The notes beneath the pieces were generated by a model. It was not told the origin of the DNA, made no database searches, and was given only the letters and a program-made list of their open reading frames with translations. Shown here piece by piece: positions 38,369-49,308 of a stretch of 64,000 nt of DNA. The stretch covers positions 32,001 to 96,000 of the forward strand of contig CAWHTE010000001.1 of assembly GCA_963832165.1 (NCBI GenBank), in the 5' to 3' direction. Source of the stretch: an uncultured delta proteobacterium (lineage in GTDB: Bacteria; Myxococcota_A; UBA9160; SMWR01). Made by a program: the position numbers and the translations under genes. Within the stretch, counting starts at the first letter, position 1; every line of letters begins with the position of its first letter.

Positions 38369-39630
38369 GCAGCGTCCAGCGGCAGGTGCTCGAGACGCCG
38401 CACGAAGATGCTGTGCGCGTGAATCGGCGGCTGGCCCGGGCGCAGCGCGATGCGCCGCGTCCGGGCCAGCAGCTCTTCCATCATCACGCGCGCCTCGAGC
38501 CGCGCGAGCGGCGCCCCGATGCAGAAGTGGGCACCGCGCCCGAAGCCCAGGTGCTGCTTGGAGTGGCGCCGGTCGAGCCGCAGCGCGTCGGGGTCTTCGA
38601 AGTGCGCGGGGTCGCGGTTGGCCGCGGCCCAGAGCAGCATCAGCCGGTCGCCGGACTCGAGCCGAACGCCGCCGAGCTCGCACGACCGCGTCACGACGCG
38701 GTAGTGGAACTTGAACGGCGACTCGAGCCGCACCACCTCCTCGACGTAGCGCGAGATGAGGCCCGGGTGGGTGCGCAGCTCGTCGGCGAGCGCCGGATCG
38801 ACCGCGAGCAGCCGCGCCGCCGAGCCGATCAACGCGGCGGTCGACTCGCCGCCCGCGCCGAACATCACGATCGAGATTCCGATCGCCTCGGAGAGCTCGA
38901 TCCGTCCCGCGTCCACACCGCGCGCGAGCGCGTGCAGGAGCGGCGTATCGGGAGCGGACTCGCCGTGCGACTTCGCCGCGCTGATGTGTCCCTCGAGGTA
39001 CTTCGCCATCCGGCCCGTCTCGGCGCCGAACTCGGCCATGCGCTGCGCGCTCACATCGCCCGCGAGCATGTCGCCGCCCATCATCGCCCAGCGCCGGAAG
39101 TGCGCGACGTCGCCGTCGGGCAATCCGAGCACGTGCGCGAGCGCGCGTGCGGGAACCGTCTCGGCGAGCGGCATGAAGTCGCCTCCACCCGCGGCGACCC
39201 AGGGCTCGAGCGCGGAGATTGCCCACGTGCGAATCGAGGATTCGAGCCCCGCGATCTGCTGCGCCGCGAGACGCGGCTGCGCGAGCGCGCGGTGCACCGC
39301 GTGAGCGGGCTCGTCGGCCGTCGCGATGACCTGGTTCGCGCCCGTTGTGGGGAGCTCGAGCGACGCGGGCTGTCCGTCGTCGCCGCGCACGAGCACGCCC
39401 GTGAGGTTCGCGGAGAAGTCCTGCTCGCGCGCGAGCGCCTCCTCGATCAGATCCCACGTCGCGACGAGGTGGACGCCCGTGTCGGCGACGCGCGTGATCG
39501 CGCCCTGCTCGCGCACGCGCTGGAAGAACGGGTGCGGATCCTCGATCACCGCGGGGTCGAGCAGCTCGGCCGGATCCGCGCAGCAGAGCGGAGCGCGCAG
39601 GTCGGCGTCAGCCGCCGAACGCGTAGGCAC
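38365..39630 (-). CDS. Cytochrome P450 (start uncertain)
   Basis: ADEPAH, GAGGESTA, EEVVRLE and FGRGAHFCIG. Confidence 0.9.
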   Translation of the reverse strand: MPTRSAADADLRAPLCCADPAELLDPAVIEDPHPFFQRVREQGAITRVADTGVHLVATWDLIEEALAREQDFSANLTGVLVRGDDGQPASLELPTTGANQVIATADEPAHAVHRALAQPRLAAQQIAGLESSIRTWAISALEPWVAAGGGDFMPLAETVPARALAHVLGLPDGDVAHFRRWAMMGGDMLAGDVSAQRMAEFGAETGRMAKYLEGHISAAKSHGESAPDTPLLHALARGVDAGRIELSEAIGISIVMFGAGGESTAALIGSAARLLAVDPALADELRTHPGLISRYVEEVVRLESPFKFHYRVVTRSCELGGVRLESGDRLMLLWAAANRDPAHFEDPDALRLDRRHSKQHLGFGRGAHFCIGAPLARLEARVMMEELLARTRRIALRPGQPPIHAHSIFVRRLEHLPLDAA

Positions 39631-40234
39631 CGCCGCGCTCGAGCGCCCGGCGATAGGCCGGCCGCGCCTGCACGCGCTCGAGAAAGCCCGCGAGCCTCGG
39701 GAACTTGTCGAACCCGAACAGCAGCCGTCCCGTCTGCACGGGGAAGGAGAGGTGAATGTCGGCGGCCGACAGCTCGCTGCCAAGGAAGAACGGCTTCGCG
39801 CCGAGCTCCGTCTCGAGGTGGCCGAAGTGATTCTCGAACTCGCCCATCACGCGCGGCTCGAGTGGCTTGCCGGCTTCGCCGAGCCGCGAGAGGTAGAGCT
39901 TCATCATCACGGGCAACATCGCGGAGCCCTCGGCGTAGTGCATGAGCTGGAGATAGTCCGGCCAGTCGGGCGAAGACTCGGCCGGTGCGAGTCGGCCCTT
40001 GCCGTGCCGGCGCACGATGTACTCGATGATGGCGCCCGATTCGATCACGATCCGCCCGTCGTCGCGGATCACGGGCGACTTCCCGAGCGGGTGGATGGCC
40101 TTCATCTCTTCGGGGGCGAGGTTCGTCTGTGGGTTGCGCTGGTACTTCACGAGCTCGTAAGGGAGCTCGAGCTCCTCGAGCAGCCACAGGACCTGTTGCG
40201 AACGCGAATTGTTGAGGTGATGGACTTCGAGCAT
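39608..40234 (-). CDS. Glutathione S-transferase
   Basis: HHLNNSRSQ, HPLGKSPV and ESGAIIEY. Confidence 0.92.
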   Translation of the reverse strand: MLEVHHLNNSRSQQVLWLLEELELPYELVKYQRNPQTNLAPEEMKAIHPLGKSPVIRDDGRIVIESGAIIEYIVRRHGKGRLAPAESSPDWPDYLQLMHYAEGSAMLPVMMKLYLSRLGEAGKPLEPRVMGEFENHFGHLETELGAKPFFLGSELSAADIHLSFPVQTGRLLFGFDKFPRLAGFLERVQARPAYRRALERGGAYAFGG

Positions 40235-40240
40235 CGACGT

Positions 40241-40723
40241 TCACTGACCCTCGAGCGCCGCGAGCGCTTCCGACACGTGGCGCGTCGCCTGCAGCTGCGA
40301 GTTGAACACGTGCCGCACGATTCCCTTCTTGTCGATCACGTACGTGACGCGCCCCGGCAGCAGACCGAACGTCGCGGGCACGCCGTACTTCTTGCGCACG
40401 TCGCCGCTCGCGTCAGAGAGCAGCGTAAACGGCAGCTTGTGGCGCTTGGCAAATTTGGCGTGCGACGACTCGGTGTCTGAGCTCACGCCGATCACCTCGG
40501 CGCCCGCGTCCTGGAAATCTTCGTAGCTGTCGCGGAAGCTGCACGCCTCCGCGGTGCAGCCGGGTGTGTCGTCCTTCGGATAGAAGTAGAGCACGATCGC
40601 CTTCTTGCCGCGGAAGTCCGCGAGGCGGATCCGCTTGCCCTCGGCGTCGGGCAGCTCGAAGTCGGGCGCCTTCTGGCCCACCTCGATCGACGATTTTCCG
40701 GAGAACAGATCGAAGAGCGCCAT
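40241..40723 (-). CDS. bcp: Peroxiredoxin (BCP/PrxQ)
   Basis: LYFYPKDDTPGCTAEACSFRD. Confidence 0.9.
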   Translation of the reverse strand: MALFDLFSGKSSIEVGQKAPDFELPDAEGKRIRLADFRGKKAIVLYFYPKDDTPGCTAEACSFRDSYEDFQDAGAEVIGVSSDTESSHAKFAKRHKLPFTLLSDASGDVRKKYGVPATFGLLPGRVTYVIDKKGIVRHVFNSQLQATRHVSEALAALEGQ

Positions 40724-40745
40724 TGTGGGGTCCTCCTCTGGCTCG

Positions 40746-42674
40746 CTAGTCGGGTGTGTACCAGATCGGCGACGTCCACGCGCGCTCCTGGATCGACTTC
40801 GGAACGGCGGGGTCGCAGCACGCGGCGAGCTCGCGCGGGACGGACTCGGGATTGGCGCAGTCGACGTGATGGGCGTTGCACGCCCAGGTATTCCAGCGGC
40901 AGCTCGGGTTCTCGACCACACGCGCGTAGTAGAACGCGGGCGCGGCCGCGTCGAAGTCGGGATCGCGCCAGACGCGGCACAGCTGATCCGCGCCGGGCGC
41001 TGGCGTGCACGTGGCGAGGTCGAGCTGCGCGCCGCTCGCGGGATCGCCCACCACTTCGTAGACGCGCTCGCGGCTCTCGCCGCCTTCGACCCACCCCTTC
41101 ACGATCTGGATCCGCTGCAGCGGCGCGCTCGGCGCACCGGCGCCACCCGGATCGCGCAGCGCCCACACCGCGAGCTGCGGCGCGGCCGGCCCGCTCGATG
41201 GCCTACGCTCGCCTTCGGCTCGCTGCGCGAAACTTGCGGCCGGCGGCAGCTCGCCGCCCATCGGCACGCCGCCCGCATAACCCACCGCCGCGAAATCAGG
41301 GTTGCCGCAAAGATCGTCGGGAAAGTCCCAGCCGGCGAACATGCGCACCGTGATGCGCGGTCCGCTCGTGCCGTAGGCCTCGCGGCGGCGCATCGCCTCG
41401 AACAGCGCATCGCGCGAATTCTCCTCGGCCCACAGCACGGCGAGCCCGCCCGGGTTGAAGTCGGGGCGATCGGGATAGGGCGGCACGCCCCAGCGCACGC
41501 TCACGGTGCCCGCGGCGTGACCGCGGAACTGGTCTTCGTCGACCATGCCCGGTGCAGCGAGATGGGTGTCGGTAGAGCCGATGATTCCGAGCCGGAACGG
41601 ATTCACGCCGATCTGCTGCCCCAGCACGAGACCCTTGCCGAGCGCTTCGCGCACGTAGAGATTGGGCGGCAGCGGAGGAAGCTCGCGCGTGCCGGCCATG
41701 TCCATCATGCGCGCCATCGAGAGCTTCTCGTAGCTGCACAGCTCGTCCTGCGCGCCCGCGCGACACTCGCTGTCGCCCTTGTGCTGCGTCACCTCGACGA
41801 GCGTCTCGAGGTGCGCGCGCTGGCGCGCGTCGTCGGCGGTGATCGGGCTGCCGTCCGAGCGCGTCGCCGTGAACATGCGCCCGTTGGACACGTTCGAGTT
41901 GTGCGGGATCGCGAGCGCGTCGCAGCCGTTTCCGGCACCGAGGCACTCGCTCTCGAGCGCGTGCCACAGACCCTCGGGCGTAGGCGTCTCGATGTAGGTG
42001 GTGGGGTAGGTCTGCGCCACCGCATTGCGGAAGATCACGTTGCGATGGAGGTTGTCGCCCGCGGGCATGCCGGTCCATTCGTAGCCGACGAACGTGGTGA
42101 GGCGGCACGCGTCGCTCCTGTCGTAGTAGGCCTCGGCCGCGTCCTGGATCTCGCGCCAGGGGCCGCGCCCCGCCTCGCGGCACACGGCGCCGTCCGCGCC
42201 GCAGAACGAATAGCGGGTGGGCTCTTCACTGCTGTAGATGGCGCCATTCACGAGCGTGTAGCCGAGCCGCGGAAACCGGCGCACGACGCGGCACACGAGC
42301 GAGTGGTAGCCCGGCAGTGCGGGGTTCTGGCAGATCTGGGTCTCGCCGAGCAGGTCGCTGTGGTCGGTGACGACCGCGAAGTCGAGCGGGCGGCGCAGCT
42401 GGATCCGGGTCTGCCCGCGTCCGTCGGGGCCGACGGGCGGGATGCCGATCGCCTCGCCACGAGCGAAGCGATAGGCATCCCGCGGGCCGGCCAGTGTGCC
42501 CTGGCCCCAGGCGTCGAACGAGAATGCAGTGTGCACGTGGGTGTCGCCGAAGAACGGCCGGCGCAGCGGGTCGTGGTGCGCGCACGGCGCGCGCGATTCG
42601 GTGCGCGCGAACGGGAGCTCGGTTGCGCTCGCTGCGAGCGCGACGAGCGCGAGCGCCGCGGCCACCGCTCTCAA
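40746..42674 (-). CDS. DUF3604 family secreted metallo-protein
   Basis: FGDTHVHT, DFAVVTDHS, NLHRNV, AIPHNSN, QHKGDSEC and QERAWTSPIW; TTG start overlapping the upstream stop. Confidence 0.85.
   Translation of the reverse strand: MRAVAAALALVALAASATELPFARTESRAPCAHHDPLRRPFFGDTHVHTAFSFDAWGQGTLAGPRDAYRFARGEAIGIPPVGPDGRGQTRIQLRRPLDFAVVTDHSDLLGETQICQNPALPGYHSLVCRVVRRFPRLGYTLVNGAIYSSEEPTRYSFCGADGAVCREAGRGPWREIQDAAEAYYDRSDACRLTTFVGYEWTGMPAGDNLHRNVIFRNAVAQTYPTTYIETPTPEGLWHALESECLGAGNGCDALAIPHNSNVSNGRMFTATRSDGSPITADDARQRAHLETLVEVTQHKGDSECRAGAQDELCSYEKLSMARMMDMAGTRELPPLPPNLYVREALGKGLVLGQQIGVNPFRLGIIGSTDTHLAAPGMVDEDQFRGHAAGTVSVRWGVPPYPDRPDFNPGGLAVLWAEENSRDALFEAMRRREAYGTSGPRITVRMFAGWDFPDDLCGNPDFAAVGYAGGVPMGGELPPAASFAQRAEGERRPSSGPAAPQLAVWALRDPGGAGAPSAPLQRIQIVKGWVEGGESRERVYEVVGDPASGAQLDLATCTPAPGADQLCRVWRDPDFDAAAPAFYYARVVENPSCRWNTWACNAHHVDCANPESVPRELAACCDPAVPKSIQERAWTSPIWYTPD
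41182..41244. repeat. In-frame palindromic insert in the DUF3604 gene flanked by 9-bp direct repeats
   Basis: GCGGCCGGC at 41182-41190 and 41236-41244 (54 bp apart). The core GAGCCGAAGGCG (minus strand) matches the REP loop. Confidence 0.45.
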
Positions 42675-43027
42675 CCGAGCACCCCGAGCAGACTCGCCGT
42701 GGGCGTGCGCCCGAACGGAGTCTCGTAGAGCTCGAACGCGAGCGACGCCGCGAGCAGCGCCGCGCACAGCGCGATCGCGACGGTCGCACGGACACGCGGC
42801 GAGAGCGGCGCGAGCAGCCGCGCGCCGAGCCACGCGGCGAGCGCGCACAAGAGCGCGGTCGCGAGCACGTGGACCGCGAACAGGGCCAGGATCATCGGCA
42901 CGGGTCCCGCTGCGCCCTCGACGATCGCCACGGCGCCGGCTGCCGCGAGCAGCACCGCGTGGTGGAGCGCGGGAACGAAGCCGCCGAACGGGCCGACCGT
43001 CGGGAACGGCAGCGCGACGACGAACAC
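42671..43027 (-). CDS. Hypothetical membrane protein (start uncertain)
   Basis: Hydrophobic ORF translationally coupled to DUF3604. Confidence 0.55.
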   Translation of the reverse strand: MFVVALPFPTVGPFGGFVPALHHAVLLAAAGAVAIVEGAAGPVPMILALFAVHVLATALLCALAAWLGARLLAPLSPRVRATVAIALCAALLAASLAFELYETPFGRTPTASLLGVLG

Positions 43028-43080
43028 CGCGAACAGGAGCCACCCGGAAGCACGTGCGCTCAGGTGATCGATCTCTGGTT

Positions 43081-43115
43081 TGGCGGGTTACGGCCTTTGG
43101 CCTAACCCGCTCTAC
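43081..43115 (-). repeat. Single REP overlapping a gene 3' end
   Basis: Reverse complement is GTAGAGCGGGTTAGGCCAAAGGCCGTAACCCGCCA. Confidence 0.75.
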
Positions 43116-44028
43116 GAATCCCCGGTCGCCGCTTCGCGACGCTGTCGACCGCGGCGCGCACCGTGGCGCCGAACGCCGGATACGCGAACGACAGATGACC
43201 GCCCGTGATCTTGTGCACGCGCGCTCCGCGGATCGCCTCGGCCATTGCGAGCTGATGCGAGCGCGGGATCGCGCGGTCGCGCTCGGTCACGACCACGCTC
43301 GTGGGCACGTCGATCTCGTTGATCCACGGGGTCGAGTTGAAGCGGCCGATCTCGGCGCCGGCCTCGAGCAGGTGGCGGATATCGTGCCGCGCCACCTCGG
43401 ACCTCGCCCAGACCGGCAGGCTGTCGAGCTGGAGCTCGCCGACTTCGGGGTCGGCGCTGATCCGCATCGCGTTGCGGAACAGACTGCGCAGCGAGATGAC
43501 CCGCCCCGCGATCGCCCCGGCTTCCATGATTCCCGCGAGCAGGAGGCCGATTCCGCGGCTGCGCACGAGATGCGGACTCGTCGCTGCGAGCACGAGGCCC
43601 GAGACGAGCTCGGGGTGGCGGCGCCAGACCAGCTGGGCGACCGGGCCACCCATCGAGTAGCCGACCAGAATGGCGTTCTGGATCCGCTTCTTGCGCAGCA
43701 GCGCCGCGACGTCGTCGGCGCAGTCCGCGAGCTTGAAGCGGAAGCTGCGGATCCCGCGCGCGTGCCCGCGCAGGTCCGGCGCGATCACGCGATAGCGCCC
43801 GCGCAGCGCCTCGAACGCCTGGAACCAGTTCAGACCGCCGCTGGCGATCCAGCCGTGCAGCAGCACGACGGTGGGCAGATCGCGCGGTCCGCGCGCAGCC
43901 CGGACGAACAGATCACCCCGGTCCGGCAGCCGCGCGAAGTAGCCGGGCGGCGGTGGCGCCTTCCGGACCAGCTCCACGAAGTGGGCCAGGGCACTTTGCT
44001 CACCATGCGTTACGGCGGGTGCGGCCAA
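43102..44028 (-). CDS. Alpha/beta fold hydrolase (start uncertain)
   Basis: LLHGW, PDLRGH and GYSMGG. Confidence 0.85.
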   Translation of the reverse strand: MAAPAVTHGEQSALAHFVELVRKAPPPPGYFARLPDRGDLFVRAARGPRDLPTVVLLHGWIASGGLNWFQAFEALRGRYRVIAPDLRGHARGIRSFRFKLADCADDVAALLRKKRIQNAILVGYSMGGPVAQLVWRRHPELVSGLVLAATSPHLVRSRGIGLLLAGIMEAGAIAGRVISLRSLFRNAMRISADPEVGELQLDSLPVWARSEVARHDIRHLLEAGAEIGRFNSTPWINEIDVPTSVVVTERDRAIPRSHQLAMAEAIRGARVHKITGGHLSFAYPAFGATVRAAVDSVAKRRPGIRRAG

Positions 44029-44213
44029 TCAGGCGTCTTCGACTTCCTGGAGGGGCGTCTTGGGGGCCGACGATGGTGGTTTGCTCGGCGAGGGGATTCG
44101 CTTTGCAAATGAAATCATCGCCGATCCGGTGGCGCAACTCAAGCATTTCTGGGGCGATCGGTTGGCGTCCGTACGCTCCCGCTCCGGCCCCATCCCGGGC
44201 ATACTCCCGCGCC

Positions 44214-45450
44214 ATGGCAGCCACCCTCTACCTCGCTGGTTCCATCTTCATCCTGGTCGTCGCCGCCTCCGCCTGGTTCCAGGCGCGCCGGGTAGGCCCG
44301 CTGGTCCCCGTCTATTTCATGACGGGCTGGCTCGCGGGCGACCTCGCGCTCCAGGTGATCGCGGTCGGCGTCGGGGTAACGCTCTTGTTCGCGGCGCTCG
44401 GCGCGTTCGCGGAGCCGCGGGGAATTCTGGGGCTCACGCTCTCGCTCGGCGCGTGGGGCCTGCTCCTCGCGAGCCACTTCCGCGCCCAGGGCGCGAGGCG
44501 CGAGATCGAAGACTTCGCTCGCGAGACGAGCCTCGCGATCGAGCACGGCGACATCACGCGCACGCACGGCTTCTGGCGCCCGTTCCAGATGAAGCGCGCC
44601 GGTGTGCGCCGCATCTCGAACATCCCCTACGGCGAGTCGCTGCCCGGCGACAAGGGTGGGCGCAATCTGCTCGACATCGTGCTGCCCGACGCGCCCGGCA
44701 CCAATCGTCCGATCCTCGTGCAGATCCATGGCGGCGGCTGGATGATCGGCGACAAGCGCGAGCAGGGTGGCCCGCTCATGGGATACCTGGCGAGCCGCGG
44801 CTGGGTGTGTTTCGCGATCAACTACCGACTCTCGCCGAAGGCGAAGTTTCCCGCTCACATCGTCGACGTGAAGCGCGCGCTGCGCTGGATCCGCGAGCAC
44901 GCGCACGAATACGGCGCGGATCCGAGCTTCCTTTGCGTGACGGGCGGCTCCGCGGGCGGGCACCTCACCGCGCTCACGGCGCTCTCGCAGAACGATCCCG
45001 CGTTCCAGCCCGGATTCGAGGAGGCGGACACGCAGCGTCTCGGCCGCCGTGCCGTTCTACGGCGTCTACGACTTCCTCGACCGCGCCAACATCCGCGGTC
45101 GCCGCCATTCGATGGCCGACATCCTGACCAAATACGTCTTCCCGTGTCCTCCCGACGAGAATCCCGAGCTCTGGGATGCGGCCTGTCCGATCACGCGCGT
45201 GTCCGCCGACGCGCCGCCGTTCCTCGTCGTGCAGGGTACGCACGACACGCTCGTGTTCGTGGAAGAGGCGCGTGAGTTCGTGCGCGCGCTGCGCGAGAAG
45301 AGCCGCGCTCCCGTGCACTATCTCGAAATGAAGGGGGCGCAGCACGCGTTCGAGATCTTCCACACGGCGCGCTCTCAGTACACGGTGCGCGCCGCTGCGG
45401 CGTTCCTCGAGGCCGAGCACGCGAAGTATCGCGCGGAGGCGGCCGCCTGA
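44214..45450 (+). CDS. Membrane-anchored HSL-family esterase (frameshift near 45035)
   Basis: HGGGW and GGSAGG; then PFYGVYDF, QGTHD and GAQHAFE in a second frame. Confidence 0.85.
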
Positions 45451-45457
45451 TCTCCGT

Positions 45458-45757
45458 TCACACGTTGTCGTTGGTGCGACAGTTCTTCGCGTCGATCGCG
45501 CTCTTCACCTGCAGATAGCCCGGCCAGCCGTAGATCGGGATGAACCCGAGCCAGAACTTCTTCTGCGGCGCGTTCGCGTTGAACGATCCCCAGCCCTTCA
45601 GATACCACTCGCCGAGGCCCGGATGCAGGATCGAGTACCACATCGCTGCATCGGTCGATCTTCCGCTCGCGCATTGTCCGGGTGCGGCCAGGCTCGCCGT
45701 CGGGGCGAGCAGCAGCGCGCATACACTCAGGGCGACGAGCATCGAACGCATGTCCAT
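45458..45757 (-). CDS. Small exported protein with a TM2-like motif
   Basis: AGGAGG Shine-Dalgarno; signal peptide; SILHPGLGEWYL; two Cys. Confidence 0.7.
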   Translation of the reverse strand: MDMRSMLVALSVCALLLAPTASLAAPGQCASGRSTDAAMWYSILHPGLGEWYLKGWGSFNANAPQKKFWLGFIPIYGWPGYLQVKSAIDAKNCRTNDNV

Positions 45758-45873
45758 TTCTCCTCCTGGTTCGCACTGTAGCGTCGCACTGCTGCGAGCG
45801 CGCCACAGCGCTGGTTGCGAGCGCCCCGCGGGTCCCCGATTCTGATAGTCGTGTTCATGCCGGATGAGTCCTG

Positions 45874-47075
45874 ATGCCGTCGAATGCGCCGTGCCGCCTC
45901 AGCGCACTCGGCATCGTGAACGCGCTGGGTTCCGGCACCCACGAGGTGTGGGCGCGTCTGCTCGACGGTGAGCCGACGCGGCTCGTCGATCGCAGCGATC
46001 TCGTACCCGACCGCGTGCTGCGCGTGGGCGCGGTGCAGGATCCGCTGCCGCGCGTTCCGGCCGGCTCGCGGCGTTCGACTGCCGCAACAACGCGATGGTG
46101 CAGGCCGCGCTGTCCCAGATCGAAGAGCCGATCGCGCGTGTACTGCGCGAGCGCGGACCCGAGCGCGTGGGCGTGGTGATGGGCACGAGCACCTCGGGCG
46201 TAGGCGACGCCGAGGGCGCGATCCGCCACGAGCTCACCGAGGGAGGCCTCACACCGACCTTCGACTACGCGCAGCTCGAGTTCGGCGGACTCTCCTCGTT
46301 CGTGGCCGACTATCTCGGTGTGCGCGGTCCCGCCTACTCGCTCTCCACCGCGTGCTCTTCGGGCGCGCGCGCGCTCGCGTCGGCGCGATCGCTGCTCGCG
46401 CTCGGCGTGTGCGACGCGGTGGTCGCGGGCGCCGCGGACACGCTGTGCGGCCTCACCGCGAACGGATTCACCGCGCTCTCCGCGATCTGCGACGGCGTCA
46501 CGAATCCGTGCAGCAAGAACCGCGCTGGGCTCACGCTCGGCGAAGGCGCTGCGGTCTTCCTCGTCGAGCCCGGCCCCGGCGGCGTGCAGCTGCTCGGCGT
46601 GGGGGAGTCGAGCGAGGCGCATCACATGTCGGCGCCCGATCCCTCGGGTTCGGGCGCCGAAGCGGCCATGCGCGGCGCCCTCGCAGATGCGGGTCTGGCT
46701 CCCGACGCGATCGACTATCTCAATCTGCACGGCACGGGCACCCCGCTCAACGACGAGATGGAGTGTCTCGCGGTCGAGCGCGTGTTCGGAAACGCGCTGC
46801 CGGTCTCCTCGACCAAGCCGTTCGTCGGGCACACGCTCGGCGCCGCGGGCGCGATCGAGGCCGCGTTCTGCTGGCTCGTACTCGCGAACAGCGAGGACGG
46901 TGTCCTCTCGCTGCCGCCGCACTGGTGGGACGGCGAGCGCGACCCGCAGATCCCGCCGCTCCACCTGGTGCAGAAGGGCGAGACCGCGCGCGCGCGCTCG
47001 GCGCCGCGCGTGATGTCGAACTCGTTCGGCTTCGGCGGAAACAACTGCACGCTCGTGCTGGGCGTCGAGCGATGA
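45874..47075 (+). CDS. Beta-ketoacyl-ACP synthase (ApeO-like; frameshift near 46065)
   Basis: MGTSTSG, STACSSG, LHGTGT, GHTLGAAG and SNSFGFGGNN. Confidence 0.9.
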
Positions 47076-47810
47076 GCGCGAATGGCGCCGCGCTGCGCAC
47101 GGCGCGCGTGCTCTCGCTGGTCGGCGTGGGCTCCCGGCATCGAGACGCCCGAGGCCTGGCGCGCCTGGTGCGCCGAGCCGGTTCCGCTCGCGACCACGGG
47201 TCACCCCGAGGCGCGCTTCCTGCCCGCGATGCTGCGCCGCCGCTGCTCGCCGCTCACGCGAATCGCACTGACCGCCGCGTGGGGCTGCGTCGAGGAAGGC
47301 GCGCTCGGCGGCGTGCGCACGGTGTTCGCGTCGCGTCACGGCAGCGTGAACGAGTCGATCGAGATGATCGAGCAGGTCGTGCAGCGCCAGCGACTCTCGC
47401 CCGCACAGTTCAGCCACACCGTTCACAACGCGCAGGCAGGTCTCTACTGCATCGCCGCGCAGAACCGCCAGGCCTCGTGCTCGCTCGCGGGCCGCGACGA
47501 CACGTTTGCGTGCGGCTGGCTCGAGGTGCTCACCCACCTCGAGCGCGATCCCACCTGTCGCGTGCTCTACGTGATGGCCGACGTCGAGCTCGCGCCGCGT
47601 TTCGCCGAGCTCATCGAGGAGCCGGAGGCGTCGTACGCGCTCGCGCTGCTGATCGCGCGCGAAGGTGACGGACCTGAGCTGCGCTTCGACCTCGAGGGCA
47701 CAGAGGCGACGCCGATCACGCCGTGGCCGCACGCGGGCGAGTTCCTGCGCTTCTTTCTCTCCGACGCGGAGCGGTTCTCGCTCGGGCGCTTCCACTGGAC
47801 CCGATGCTGA
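47072..47810 (+). CDS. Ketosynthase chain-length factor (ApeC-like; frameshift near 47100)
   Basis: PAMLRRRCS, FASRHG and LSPAQFSHTVHNA. Confidence 0.85.
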
Positions 47811-47811
47811 A

Positions 47812-47883
47812 TGGCGGATTACGCTCGCTTCGCTCGCTAATCCGCCCTACGTAGGGCGGATTAGGCCGAAGGCCGTAATCCGC
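47812..47883. repeat. GTAG-type REP doublet joined foot-to-foot
   Basis: Inverted near-identical copy of 8395-8469, between convergent genes. Confidence 0.85.
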
Positions 47884-49302
47884 AATCGAGCCGCTTCAAC
47901 ACCGACTGCGCCGCCCAGTAGCCGCACATCCCGTGCACGCCGCCGCCCGGCGGCGTGGCCGCCGAGCAGATGAACAGGCGCGGGTTGGGCGTGGAGTAGG
48001 GATCGAGGCGCGTGACCGGGCGGTTGAACAGCTGCAGCGCATCGGCGACGCCGCCCGTGATCGCACCGCCCTTGTAGTTGGGGTTGTGGCGCTCGAACCA
48101 GGCCGGGCTCATCGCGTGGCGCGCGAGGATGCGATCGCGAAAGCCCGGCGCGAAGCGCTCGATCTGCGCCTCGATCGCTTCGGTGCGATCGACCGTCGAT
48201 CCGTGCGGCACGTGGCAGTAGGCGTAGCCCGTGTGCTGCCCGCTCGGCGCGCGCGAGGCGTCGATCTCGCTCTGCTGGCACACGATCAGGAACGGCCGCT
48301 CGCTGTGGACGCCGCGGTACATGTCGCGCTCCGACGCGCAGATCTCCTCGAGCGTTCCGCCCACGTGCACGGTCGAGGCCTCGCGGCACGCGGGGTCGCG
48401 CCACGGGATCGGCCCGTCGAGCGCCCAGTCGAGCTTGAACGCACCAGGCCCGTAGCGGTAGCGCGCGAGGCGCCGGCGATAGCCCGCGGGCAGCGCGTCG
48501 CCCGCGATCTGCGAGAGCTGCTCGGGCGAGGTGTCGAACAGCACCGCGCGCGTGGGCGGCAGTTCGGAGAGGCGCTCGATCCGGCGGTTCGTCTCGATCG
48601 AACCGCCGAGGCGGAGCAGGTAGTTTGCGAGCGCGGCCGAGATCGCGCGCGATCCGCCCTGCGGGACGGGCCAATCCTCGACGTGCGCCGTGATCGCGAA
48701 GATCAGCCCCAGCGCGGCCGTGAGCGGCTGGCCGAGCGGCAGCACCGAGTGCGCCGCACAGCCCGCGAACAGCGCGCGCGCTCGCTCGCCGCGAAACAGC
48801 ACGCGCGCGAGCACACTGGCCGGAAACAGCGCGCGCAGGCCGAAGCGCAGCATGAGCAGCGGATGGGCCGGGATCCGCAGCGGCGCCATCACGTCCGCGA
48901 GCAGCTCGTGCGGGCGGTCGAGGAACGGAGCCACGAGTCGCGCATAACGCGATCCATCCGCGGTCGAGCCCTGCCGCGGTGCGATCGAGCGAGCGGTAGA
49001 GCATCACGCGCCGGGCCGTCGGGCATCGGGTGCGCCACCGATGCGCGCGGGCGCAGCCAGACGAGCCCGTGGTCTTCGAGCGGCAGCTCGCGGAAGAACG
49101 GCGACAGGATCCCCATCGGATGCACGGCCGAGCACACGTCGTGCATGAAACCGGGCAGCGTGAGCTCCGCGCTGCGCGCGCCGCCGCCCACCTCGCTGGC
49201 GGCCTCGAAGACCGTCACGGAACGGCCCTCGCGCGCGAGCGCGATCGCGGCCGCGAGCCCGTTCGGGCCCGCGCCGATCACGACGGCGTCCAGATCAGCC
49301 AT
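47861..49302 (-). CDS. Phytoene-desaturase-like NAD(P)/FAD oxidoreductase (frameshifts near 48950-49015)
   Basis: [16 protein letters not shown] and [16 protein letters not shown]. Confidence 0.85.
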
Positions 49303-49308
49303 CCGACG

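Noticed and set aside
47861..49302. Carotenoid biosynthesis (crtI)
   Set aside because: No crtB, crtE or crtY nearby; the family includes many non-carotenoid oxidoreductases.
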